A DNA stretch of 64,000 nucleotides from Patescibacteria group bacterium (GCA_041645555.1 JBAZPX010000001.1:204731-268730), one strand, 5' to 3'; counted from the stretch's first letter, positions 25,705 through 34,757 are shown. Numbers and translations are program-made. The notes: generated by a model from the sequence alone, not told the origin.

Positions 25705-26937
25705 TCAAGATGACAAAAGGTCAAACTCTTCCGCCAAAACCGAAGCGGCTTTGCCCAGGTTTTGGGCAGAAATCGCCACGGTGATACTGATCTGGCTGGT
25801 GGAGATAAATTCAATGTTTATGCCATTTTCCCCCAGGACCCTGAATAGGCGATAGGCGAAACCTGATGTTTCTTTCATATCCATATCAATAAGAGAAATG
25901 GCGACGAGCCCTTGGCGTAAAACAGTTTCCGTCCCTCCGGTTTTTTCCATGGTCGGGGCAACTCTTTCCGCCGCCGTTGTTTCCAGAAGAATGGAAATTT
26001 GGGTAGTTTCGCCCCCCTGGCCTTGAGCGATGTCAATTACGTTTATTTCTCCAAAAACGGAGAAGACTTCCGCGGCCTTCCCCGGCTCATTGGGAATGCC
26101 AGAAATAAGGAAGCAGCTGATCTCCTTTTTTATAGCTATTCCGCTTTGGCTGGCGGTTTTTTCCAGATCGGCGATATCACCGCTGGTAGCGGTGACCAAA
26201 GTTCCGCCAGTGCTTTCCCCGATACTAGGAGAAAGTAGAACTCTGATATTCACGCCATACATCTTGGCCAACATAACAGACCTGTCCCTTAGCACTCCGG
26301 CTCCGGCCACAGACATAGCGATCATCTGCTCATAGCTTATGGTATAAAAACGGCGGGCGTTAGGGACTAGACGCGGGTCAATGGTATAAACGCCATCAAC
26401 GTCTGTGTAGATTTCACAGACGTCAGCCTTTAAGACAGCGGCCAAAGCCACGGCCGTAGTATCAGACCCGCCCCGGCCTAAAGTAATTATATCCAGGCCG
26501 TTTTCGAAGATGCCCTGAAAGCCGGTGACAACAACTACTTTTCCTTCTTTCAGCAGTTTTTTTATGGGAGACCCTTTTTTTAAGGCCTTTATCCTTCCTT
26601 CTCCGAATTCGCCAGTAGCCACAAGACCGACTTGGCCTGCCGTCAGGCTTTCTGCCGGCACGCCAATATCTTCCAGGGCGATGGCGAGCAAAGACGCGGA
26701 TTGCACTTCCCCGGTCTGAACAAATTGATCTGTTTCTCGCTTTTTAGGATCACGACTTATTTCTTTGACTAAAGCGAGAAGCCTGTCGGTTTCATCTCCC
26801 ATAGCAGAGACGACGACAACAATACCGCATCCATCTTTTCGGCAGCGTTTTATATGGGCTGCCACCTTTTTGATTTTCCCCGCGTCGGCCAGCGAGCTGC
26901 CGCCGAATTTCATTACTGTAATCGGCATACGAGGCAT
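25705..26937 (-). CDS. lysC: Aspartate kinase with C-terminal ACT domains
   Basis: VMKFGGSSLADAGKIKKVA, VVVVSAMGDETDRLL and GRGGSDTTAVALAA motifs. Confidence 0.9.
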   Translation of the reverse strand: MPRMPITVMKFGGSSLADAGKIKKVAAHIKRCRKDGCGIVVVVSAMGDETDRLLALVKEISRDPKKRETDQFVQTGEVQSASLLAIALEDIGVPAESLTAGQVGLVATGEFGEGRIKALKKGSPIKKLLKEGKVVVVTGFQGIFENGLDIITLGRGGSDTTAVALAAVLKADVCEIYTDVDGVYTIDPRLVPNARRFYTISYEQMIAMSVAGAGVLRDRSVMLAKMYGVNIRVLLSPSIGESTGGTLVTATSGDIADLEKTASQSGIAIKKEISCFLISGIPNEPGKAAEVFSVFGEINVIDIAQGQGGETTQISILLETTAAERVAPTMEKTGGTETVLRQGLVAISLIDMDMKETSGFAYRLFRVLGENGINIEFISTSQISITVAISAQNLGKAASVLAEEFDLLSS

Positions 26938-26984
26938 AAGCCCCTCCTATTTTTAAGGGTTTTTTGTCGAATGAGCGTTATAAG

Positions 26985-27013
26985 ATATTATCATCTAAAT
27001 ATTCAAGCGTCAA
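26985..27013 (-). promoter_or_regulatory. Sigma70-type promoter (TTGACG-17 nt-TAATAT) for aspartokinase
   Basis: Read on the minus strand. AGGAGGGG RBS precedes the ATG. Confidence 0.55.
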
Positions 27014-27073
27014 TTGTGTTATTATCTAATATGCTTTATAATATAATCATCTCTAAAATTAATTAACATCTAC

Positions 27074-28126
27074 ATGGAAATAAACAAAAGGCCAATTAAT
27101 ATTAATATTTCCACCGTCACCATTTTAAAAACCATTCTTATTATATTAGCGCTTTATTTTTTTTATCTGGTAAGAGATATTTTGGTCATTATTTTCATTT
27201 CTTTAATACTGTCCAGCGCTCTTGAGCCGTGGATTAATTGGATGCATAAGAAAAAAATACCCCGCGGGATAGGCATTATTATCATTTATTTTTCTTTATT
27301 TATCATTGTCAGCTCCGCTTTTTATCTTATTATTCCGCCGATTGTGGCTCAAGTTAAAGAATTATCGGTAACTTTTCCCTACTACCTAGAAAAAGTAATT
27401 TCCGGGGTTTCCGCTTTAAAAGAGTATGCTAGCCAGCATGGCGTTTTAGACAATCTCAAAGGCAGTTTAGACGCTTTCGCCGCTAACTTAGAGGGAGCGG
27501 CCGGCGGAGTTTTTTCTACCGTTTCCGGAATCGTGGGCGGTGTTCTTTCTTTTTTTCTGATTTTAGTCATGACTTTTTACATGGTGGTTGAGGAAAGCGC
27601 GATGAAAAAAATTATCTGGTCAGTGGCGCCGGAAGAGTATCAGCCTTATATTATGCAGCTTATCAGCCGGATGCAAGGGAAAATCGGCTTGTGGCTCCGC
27701 GGCCAGTTAATTCTTTCCTTGATAATATTCACTTTAACATTTCTAGGGCTTTCTATCTTAGGGGTAAATTACGCTTTGACTTTAGCTTTAATCGCCGGGC
27801 TGACCGAATTTATCCCTTACTTGGGGCCGATCTTGGCGTCTATCCCGGCCATATTTTTGGCTTTTACCCAGTCGCCTATGCTCGCTTTATTTACTTTAGG
27901 CCTTTATTATATTATTCAAATGATGGAGAACCACATTATTGTGCCGAAATTAATGCAAAAAGTGGTGGGTTTGAACCCGATTGTGAGCATTGTGGTTTTA
28001 TTGGTAGGGTTTAAAGTCGGCGGTATTGTCGGAGCGATTCTGTCCCTGCCAGTCGCCACCGCTATCGGCGTTTTTTTGAAGGATTTATTTGAAGGGAAAG
28101 GAGTGAGGGAGGATGTCGCAAAATAA
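27074..28126 (+). CDS. AI-2E family transporter (PerM/UPF0118)
   Basis: Polytopic membrane protein with the family motif LTEFIPYLGPILASIPAIFLA. Confidence 0.8.
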   Translation: MEINKRPININISTVTILKTILIILALYFFYLVRDILVIIFISLILSSALEPWINWMHKKKIPRGIGIIIIYFSLFIIVSSAFYLIIPPIVAQVKELSVTFPYYLEKVISGVSALKEYASQHGVLDNLKGSLDAFAANLEGAAGGVFSTVSGIVGGVLSFFLILVMTFYMVVEESAMKKIIWSVAPEEYQPYIMQLISRMQGKIGLWLRGQLILSLIIFTLTFLGLSILGVNYALTLALIAGLTEFIPYLGPILASIPAIFLAFTQSPMLALFTLGLYYIIQMMENHIIVPKLMQKVVGLNPIVSIVVLLVGFKVGGIVGAILSLPVATAIGVFLKDLFEGKGVREDVAK

Positions 28127-28270
28127 AATTCCTAATTCACCTAATTCACCTAATATCTAATTTCTAATAAAATTCCTAATTCAAAAATTTCTAATGCCAA
28201 AAAATTTTTAATTTAAGAATTAGGCATTAAAATTTTTATTAGGAATTAGGTGAATTAGAAATTAGGAATT
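28127..28270. repeat. Long imperfect palindrome built from cctaatt/aattagg words
   Basis: The left arm aattcctaattcacctaattcacctaat... mirrors the right arm ...attaggaattaggtgaattagaaattaggaatt. The centre is near 28210. Confidence 0.85.
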
Positions 28271-28286
28271 AAAATTTTTTAAGAAT

Positions 28287-30575
28287 ATGTCCAATCGTTT
28301 TTCCGTCATTTTAGATAATTTAATCGTTTATTTAGTTAAGGGCTTGGTTTTCCTCCTGCCTTTATTTTTTTTACCCTGGACGCTTGAGTTTTTTGAATTT
28401 AACAAGCAGGTCTTGCTTTGGCTGGTAGCGATCCTTTTGGCTGTTTTGTGGCTTGTAAAGATGGTTTACCCTGTTATAAATTTTAACGAGAGTATCATTT
28501 CTAACGGGGCGAGGTTTGAAAAGCAAATAATCTTAAAGCGCACGCCTCTTGATATTCCGATTCTGACTTTTTTAATCATCACCATGCTGGCCGGTATTTT
28601 CAGCCAGGACCGATTTTCTTCCTTTTTTGGTTATTTCGGCGCCGCCGGCAATGCCTGGTTTGGCCTTTTGGCTTTAGCTATTTTCTATTTTTTAATCGTC
28701 AACCTGGCCGGTACGGACAGGCGTCTAGCTCCTATTTCTTTATTAAAACTGCTGTTCTATTCTTATGGCTTAATTCTTCTTTCCGCCTTTCTTTCTCTTT
28801 TCGGATTATGGGATAAGCTGCTTCAGAAAACAAATACTTTTTATTCCTCGGGCTTTAATTTTCTCGGCGGCTCTTTGGAGATGCTAGCTCTTTACAGCGT
28901 CGTGATGATGGCCGTACTATCGGGAGTAATATTTTGTTGCCGTCAGGACGGAGCAAACAAAGCAAGCATTTGGCTGTTTAAAATAATTTTATTCTTTTCT
29001 TTAGTTTTTTTGGTAATAGTGAATTTTTCTTTGGCCTGGCAGGGATTGGCAATCGTCGGCTTTCTGTTTATTTTTTTAGAATTCAGAAACGCTGGTTTTA
29101 AGATTGGCGGGTTAAATAAAAGAAGGGTTTTATTTTTCTCTCTTCTTGTTATTCTGGCCGCTATCTTCTTGATTTTTCCCGCCCGTTTAAATGGGGAGGC
29201 GCAGTTTTTAACCGGCCAGGACCTGTCTCCGGAAGTAAATATTGGCTTTAAAAATACCGCTTCCGTTACTTTTGCGGCTTTAAAAGAGAATATAGTATTG
29301 GGCAGCGGACCCGGGACATTTTCCTATATTTTTTCCCTATATCGCCCGAATAGTTTAAATAGCACAGACCTTTGGCAATTCAGGTTTGACCATGGCGTTT
29401 CCTATATTCTGGAGATGCTCGGAACTACTGGAATTCTGGGAATTTTAAGTTATCTCTTGATTCTATCCTCCCTTTTTTATTTATTCTATATCTTTTTAAA
29501 AAGAGGGAATGGGGGAGAGGGGAACGGCTTAGTTTCCTCCCTCTTAGTAGCGCTATCAGTTTTAATTTTTTTCCAGTTTTCCTATTATACCAGCACTTCC
29601 ATTTTGTTTTTATTTTGGCTGATGCTCGCTCTTTTAATGGTTTCCTGGCGAGCCTATCCGGGCTGGCTGATATTCAAGGAATTAAAATTAGACAAAGGCG
29701 GAAATTCTTTTAAGATATTGGAGCTGGCAGTGTTTTTTCTTTTTTCCGCCTGGCTGATTTTAGCCGGTTTTACCGTTCGGTATTGGCTAGCTGATTTTTA
29801 TGCCCGAGCCGGAGGCGAAACCAATTTAATCAAAGCCGCCCGGTTAAATCCTTATTGCCCCGATTATGATATTCGCTTAACTAAAACTTATTTAAATGAA
29901 ATAAGAAACGAGGCTTTAAAACCGGCTGATTTCAGGGATGACGAATTGATTCAGAAGTCGATTAACAGCAGTGTGGCCTGGGCCAAGGAAGCTGCCAGAG
30001 TCTGCCCTAATTGTGTAGCGTCCTGGGAAACTTTGGGAATGGTTTACCGCGATATTGGATCTTTTACCCAAGGCAGCGAAGCCTGGGCGGCTAAAGCTTT
30101 TAGCCAGGCTTCTTCCTTAGAGCCTTCCAACCCGGTAATTATAACCGAGTTAGGCAAGGCCTATTTGGACGATAACAAGTTAGCCGAAGCTGAGCAATCC
30201 CTAAAGAAAGCTCTGGAATTGAAAAGCAATTATCACGAAGCGGATTTTGCCTTAGCCCGGCTTTATGGCCAGCAGGGCAAAACCGACGAGGCCTTAGGAA
30301 TCTTAGACGAACTAAGTAAGATTTATAAAGACGAGCGGATTTACTATGAACAGGGCCGGCTTTATTATAACCGCGGGGAGACTGACGAAGCTTTAGACAG
30401 ATTTTTAAAAGTAATAGAAATTAATCCAATTCATTCTAATGCGCTCTATAGCATTGGCTTGGCTTTGGAATTAAAGGGAGAAAATAAACTGGCTTTAGAA
30501 TATTTTAAAAAAGTTTTAGAGCTTAACCCGAACAATTCAGAGATTAAGAAAAAGGTGGAGGAGATGGAGAAGTAG
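28287..30575 (+). CDS. Polytopic membrane protein (O-antigen ligase/Wzy-like) with C-terminal TPR repeats
   Basis: More than 10 hydrophobic helices, then TPR-like repeats (AEQSLKKALELKSNYHEA..., ALEYFKKVLELNPNN). Paralog of the 55448 CDS. Confidence 0.7.
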   Translation: MSNRFSVILDNLIVYLVKGLVFLLPLFFLPWTLEFFEFNKQVLLWLVAILLAVLWLVKMVYPVINFNESIISNGARFEKQIILKRTPLDIPILTFLIITMLAGIFSQDRFSSFFGYFGAAGNAWFGLLALAIFYFLIVNLAGTDRRLAPISLLKLLFYSYGLILLSAFLSLFGLWDKLLQKTNTFYSSGFNFLGGSLEMLALYSVVMMAVLSGVIFCCRQDGANKASIWLFKIILFFSLVFLVIVNFSLAWQGLAIVGFLFIFLEFRNAGFKIGGLNKRRVLFFSLLVILAAIFLIFPARLNGEAQFLTGQDLSPEVNIGFKNTASVTFAALKENIVLGSGPGTFSYIFSLYRPNSLNSTDLWQFRFDHGVSYILEMLGTTGILGILSYLLILSSLFYLFYIFLKRGNGGEGNGLVSSLLVALSVLIFFQFSYYTSTSILFLFWLMLALLMVSWRAYPGWLIFKELKLDKGGNSFKILELAVFFLFSAWLILAGFTVRYWLADFYARAGGETNLIKAARLNPYCPDYDIRLTKTYLNEIRNEALKPADFRDDELIQKSINSSVAWAKEAARVCPNCVASWETLGMVYRDIGSFTQGSEAWAAKAFSQASSLEPSNPVIITELGKAYLDDNKLAEAEQSLKKALELKSNYHEADFALARLYGQQGKTDEALGILDELSKIYKDERIYYEQGRLYYNRGETDEALDRFLKVIEINPIHSNALYSIGLALELKGENKLALEYFKKVLELNPNNSEIKKKVEEMEK

Positions 30576-30620
30576 GGACTAGTTAATTAGGTATTAGGTT
30601 TTAGGTGTTAGTTTATTTTT

Positions 30621-30742
30621 TTGTCATCTCGAGCGTAGCGAGAAATCTGTAATATCCTGCGAACGATAAGGACAAAGTGTTATTGCCGTTATTCGCGTAT
30701 TATAGATTTCTCTCCCGAGTGCTCTCGGGATCGAAATGACAA
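30621..30742. mobile_element. MITE-like non-coding element, family 1 (second copy)
   Basis: Same termini and internal blocks as 684-822. Confidence 0.7.
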
Positions 30743-30788
30743 GGGGTAGCGGCGATGTACTGAAATAGAGACTAAAAAATTTACAAAT

Positions 30789-30831
30789 AAAAAAAGAGCA
30801 CCGGTTCCGTTGTTTGGACTCGGTGCTTTTT
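30789..30831. terminator. Bidirectional rho-independent terminator
   Basis: agagcaccg...cggtgct hairpin flanked by A7 and T5 runs. Confidence 0.7.
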
Positions 30832-30862
30832 ATTACCGTTTTTGACGGTTAGCGGGTGAATG

Positions 30863-32134
30863 TTAAAATAGCTGTGAGATTACCTCTCTCAAGTCCGTTT
30901 CGACCCTTTCGTGCCAGGGACGCAAATCCGGTTCGAAACGCTGTTGCAAGAGGTGCTGGATACCCATGATATAGCGGATTGCGATAGCTGCGCGCTGCTC
31001 GTCAGAGTATCCCTCTTTCCCCTTTGACATGTCGCGGGCGAACTCTTTGGAAAAAGACTTCGGGACTATTATGACCCGGCTATTCACGACATAGTCTTTT
31101 TCCGTGATTCCTGGTTGTGTCCTTTGAAGATACTCAACCAGTCCGCTTTCATCACCGGCGAGGAAAAGTTTTTCCTGGGCGAGGTAATCTACGAGATCCC
31201 AGTAGCGAGCCGAATTCATGGTATAAAGCTCATCCTTCGAACAGAGCACGCCCAAATAATTATAGCCGTGTTCGGTTTTAACATCGACGAGAATGATCCC
31301 GCGCTCGAGAAGATAGGCCATCACCGCGCCGAACGCAGCAAGTGATTTATTCCTGAGTCTGAAGTAGGCCACGGGGGTGCAGATCTTCATTTTGAACAAA
31401 TATCCTGGTTCCACCGTAACATCATGGGATGCACTCTTCGTCGAGGGCGTGTCATAAATGGACGGCGTAGGCCCGTTCGGATACAAGTCGTCTGGAAGAT
31501 CATAGCCGGCGAACTTCCTCAGCTTTTGATTCATGTAAGCGTGATAAAGCGAAGTTTCGGTCGTAGTTTTTGCCATGAATGCGCGAAGAACGTTTTCGAA
31601 ATCCATACCCGTAACCTGTTCGGACGCGATGACCACGGAACCGGGCGGTAAACCCAGCTCAAACTGCGAACTGGGGAAAAAGGGAGTGACCAGACGACGC
31701 ATGTGATCATGGTTCAGCGCCAAAACTTGGTCATTGAACGGAATACGGCCTCGGCCAATATCATGAGTTGAAAGGCGGTTAGACCGCAACATGATATAAC
31801 CGGGGATTTTTTCAGCTCTTGTGAGCAGTGGCGGGTTTTTGAAGGAAACTCGGACTTTGGGCTTGTTATCGTCCGCCGTATCAGTGAAAGCGGTAAATTC
31901 AACCGGAAGACCTCTGAGTTGGTCCAGATAGTAAGGTTCTTTGTCGGCCGGAATAATGAATTCGCCCTCGCCACCGTTAATACAGTCGGAAACTTTACCA
32001 GGTTTTACAACGAAGCCGTTGAGGATAGGGAAAACACCAGCATTCAAAATGTCTTGTGCGGTAACGGGTTCCCCCTCTTTTGCCATGTAGGCGCGAACAA
32101 GTTCACGCGCCTCTTCTTCGGAAAGATATTGCAT
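30863..32134 (-). CDS. purC: SAICAR synthetase (PurC)-like ligase with an extra ~110-aa N-terminal region
   Basis: PurC-family blocks are present but divergent: NRLSTHD (cf DRISAFD), ENVLRAFMAKTT, ILVDVKTEHG, DELYTMNSARYW. AAAGGAG RBS upstream. Confidence 0.65.
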   Translation of the reverse strand: MQYLSEEEARELVRAYMAKEGEPVTAQDILNAGVFPILNGFVVKPGKVSDCINGGEGEFIIPADKEPYYLDQLRGLPVEFTAFTDTADDNKPKVRVSFKNPPLLTRAEKIPGYIMLRSNRLSTHDIGRGRIPFNDQVLALNHDHMRRLVTPFFPSSQFELGLPPGSVVIASEQVTGMDFENVLRAFMAKTTTETSLYHAYMNQKLRKFAGYDLPDDLYPNGPTPSIYDTPSTKSASHDVTVEPGYLFKMKICTPVAYFRLRNKSLAAFGAVMAYLLERGIILVDVKTEHGYNYLGVLCSKDELYTMNSARYWDLVDYLAQEKLFLAGDESGLVEYLQRTQPGITEKDYVVNSRVIIVPKSFSKEFARDMSKGKEGYSDEQRAAIAIRYIMGIQHLLQQRFEPDLRPWHERVETDLREVISQLF

Positions 32135-32163
32135 GCGTTTCTCCTTTCATGTCGCAGGAATGT

Positions 32164-32685
32164 TTACTCCTGATCAGACGAGGTTTCAACGTGAATTTTC
32201 GGTGGGGGATTGAATTCCTTCAGATATTGGTCCAGCACATGTCTTACAGCGGCATCATTGATACCGAACATTTGAGCCACGATAAACGCGGCATTTGTCA
32301 AGCCGTTTTTACCGATACCAGCCCACAACACTGTGCTTCCTTCAGGTCTTGCAACTGCGCATGCGATAGTGACATAAGCGGGAATAGTCGATGAATTCAG
32401 AGCAATACCGATGACCGGAACTGTGCGGGTAATCGCGGCAATAGCTCCGGGGAGAGCGGGATTTAATCCGGCAGCTGCGATGAAAACTTTTGCGCCATTT
32501 TCGGCTGCCGATACGCAGTATTTTTCCAATTCCTCCGGATTCCGGTCGGCGGAAATATACGAAAGATCCCATTCAAATCCCATTTTTCCCAGAGCTTGCA
32601 ACAATTTTGATTCATCAAGAACCGGTCGATCATGCGGACTTCCAAGCACAATTTGAACATCCTTAAATGTGGTGTTCTGATCCAT
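32164..32685 (-). CDS. purE: PurE (AIR carboxylase/N5-CAIR mutase)-fold protein, divergent active site
   Basis: Aligns along its length with PurE (VLGSPHD, ISADRNPEEL, FIAAAGLNPALPG, VPVIGIAL). SADR replaces the conserved SAHR. The ATG at 32685 is preferred over the TTG at 32724. Confidence 0.65.
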   Translation of the reverse strand: MDQNTTFKDVQIVLGSPHDRPVLDESKLLQALGKMGFEWDLSYISADRNPEELEKYCVSAAENGAKVFIAAAGLNPALPGAIAAITRTVPVIGIALNSSTIPAYVTIACAVARPEGSTVLWAGIGKNGLTNAAFIVAQMFGINDAAVRHVLDQYLKEFNPPPKIHVETSSDQE

Positions 32686-32865
32686 CAGATTGCCTCGCTT
32701 TCGGTTAAAGTAAAGTTTGTGCAAGGTACGTTGACTGCTTTATAGGTGAATTGAATTATTAAGTTCTAATGAGCGTTAAAACAAAAAAGCCGACCCTCCT
32801 TGGTTAGGCTTATTTCTAGTTTTTTCTTATTTCACTTTAACAGACTTCTTATAAAAAATCAACTA

Positions 32866-32962
32866 CCTCACCCTCCACCTCGGCGAGCCTTCGGCCCGCT
32901 TCGCCAAAGCTCCAGCGAGGCGAGCGAGACGGGCCGCCCCTCTCCTAAGTAGGAGAGGGGAT
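32866..32962. repeat. GC-rich palindromic element, family 3 (tacctcaccc...; hairpin cccctctcctaagtaggagagggg)
   Basis: Shares the tacctcaccc end and the ctctcctaRktaggagagggg hairpin with the in-frame element in mnmA (58810-58887). Confidence 0.65.
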
Positions 32963-33029
32963 TGTTTAGGAAATAAAAAAACGGCGCCTGGCTTATAGCC
33001 TGGCACCGCTTGGAACAAAAAGAGACTTC

Positions 33030-34625
33030 TTAGGTGGCAGGAATTATTCGACTTAATTCCCGCCGATATTTTCGATAGTCTCTCCTTAACAATTGCATTT
33101 CCTGGCGTACGAGTTTATGAACCGGGGCGACCAAATTCTTCGGTTCAAGGAGAGCGTCCAATTCTTCCATTTGCTCTTCCGGAAGGGAAAGATTTTCCAT
33201 CGCCGCATCAAGACCTTGACGAAATTCTTCAGCATTCGCATAGCTTCCGTCCGGATTAATCGCGATTTCCTGGATGGTTCTGTATGCGTCTCCGGAAATC
33301 CCCATTCTTTTTAGCACGGTTTGTAGACTGCTGCCGGCCATGCCAGGGTATTCGCGGAAGAATGCGCCAATCTTCCTTTGATTCGGGTGATAGTTTTTTA
33401 GCTCGGTCCGAATTCGGCTGAAGGCGATAAAAATCGGCATAAAATATCCGCCGATATTTCTGAATAGGTAAGATCTTTTCATGTCGCCCTGATGCGGATA
33501 TTTCGGCAGTTGTTTCGCGAGAAGGTGAAGATTGCTTATGGCCTCTTCAAGCATGCTGATGCCGCCTTCCATACCCCACGCATTGCTTTTGCCTGGCATC
33601 AGGGAAGAACCTTTTCCGCCCTTCTTTTTTTCTTTCACGAAGAATTGGGAAGGACAGCTTGCCAAACTTACAAAGTCCGCCGTGAATTTAATCACTTGTT
33701 CAAGAATATTCGCAATTGTGGAAAAGATTTGCGCTTCCCGAACATAGGAAACGGATTGATTCTGCATGCGATCATAATGAAGGCCGAAACTTCCAACATA
33801 ACTTTCCGCGAATCGCTGCCAATCAATGTCGGGGTATGCTGCGTAATGGCAAGTTAAGTTTCCGGTCGCCCCGCCAAAATTGCCGGTAAACCGTTTAAAA
33901 CCGTGGCCATCTCTCAATTCCCTTGTAAGAGAATTTATGGCATATAAAACGGTTACTACTTTTTTGCCGAGAGTCCCGGGCTCTGCCGCCTGCTGGTGGG
34001 TAAAATCCCCAAGAATCAAGGGCTTACGAAAAGTTTCATACAGATTGATGTATTTCAGCAAGTCATCGCAGAATTCAAGAAGTGCGGGAATGAAATGGCC
34101 GTACACGAGCCTGTTCCCGATGATTCCGAAAACGTTGCCCATTACCATTTCTGACGTGTTAGCGAAGTGAACGCCATCAATATGGCTCTCAAGCCGAGGA
34201 AACATTCTCGCAATGAGGATCTTCAGGTAATCGGTGGCTGCGGCTGTATCGTGCTCCGTGAACTTTTCCATAAACTCCGCACGAAATACGTCTTCGGCCG
34301 TGTTGCCCAAATTCCGAATGCCATTAGTTTCCTCCTCGGTCAGTCCGGGGATGACTTTTCGATGGCTGAATATTCCTTGGTAGGAACGCAATTCTTCGCT
34401 CAAGGCAATAAAATATTCAGCCGCGACCCGGAATCTCAAAGTTCCGACCGCCCTCCCCGAAGTGATGTCATGAAGAAATATTGCATTCTTCAGATATCGT
34501 CCTAAACCGGGGATCGGAGATTCCAGCCTCAAACGCTCCGCCTCGTCCGGCACTTTCAAGAATAGATCTTCCAGAGTCGGAAATTTCGGGCCGTATCCCT
34601 TAATCATTTCATCAACCAAGCTCAT
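33030..34625 (-). CDS. purB: Adenylosuccinate lyase (PurB, E. coli-type), extended
   Basis: Blocks match PurB: HFANTSE, FTHQQAAEPGTLGKK, GNFGGATGNLTCHYAAYPDIDWQRF, and the signature loop GSSLMPGKSN. Confidence 0.8.
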   Translation of the reverse strand: MSLVDEMIKGYGPKFPTLEDLFLKVPDEAERLRLESPIPGLGRYLKNAIFLHDITSGRAVGTLRFRVAAEYFIALSEELRSYQGIFSHRKVIPGLTEEETNGIRNLGNTAEDVFRAEFMEKFTEHDTAAATDYLKILIARMFPRLESHIDGVHFANTSEMVMGNVFGIIGNRLVYGHFIPALLEFCDDLLKYINLYETFRKPLILGDFTHQQAAEPGTLGKKVVTVLYAINSLTRELRDGHGFKRFTGNFGGATGNLTCHYAAYPDIDWQRFAESYVGSFGLHYDRMQNQSVSYVREAQIFSTIANILEQVIKFTADFVSLASCPSQFFVKEKKKGGKGSSLMPGKSNAWGMEGGISMLEEAISNLHLLAKQLPKYPHQGDMKRSYLFRNIGGYFMPIFIAFSRIRTELKNYHPNQRKIGAFFREYPGMAGSSLQTVLKRMGISGDAYRTIQEIAINPDGSYANAEEFRQGLDAAMENLSLPEEQMEELDALLEPKNLVAPVHKLVRQEMQLLRRDYRKYRRELSRIIPAT

Positions 34626-34757
34626 ATTAATCTCGCTTTCAAATAGAGTGAATGTGAATGTACAAAAAAGCCAAAATCCCTCTTTAGTTTGGCTTTGTTA
34701 GATTTTTAACTTTATTCTGAATTCTGCATTCTTAAATCTGAATTCTGCATTCCGATG

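Noticed and set aside
25999-26956. Several + strand ORFs (25999-26238, 26030-26335, 26525-26719, 26765-26956) inside aspartokinase; analogous ORFs lie inside the pur genes (31115-34505) and the 40229 gene (40346-40873)
   Set aside because: They are antisense shadows in GC-rich genes. The minus-strand frames carry clear family motifs and the + strand ORFs carry none.
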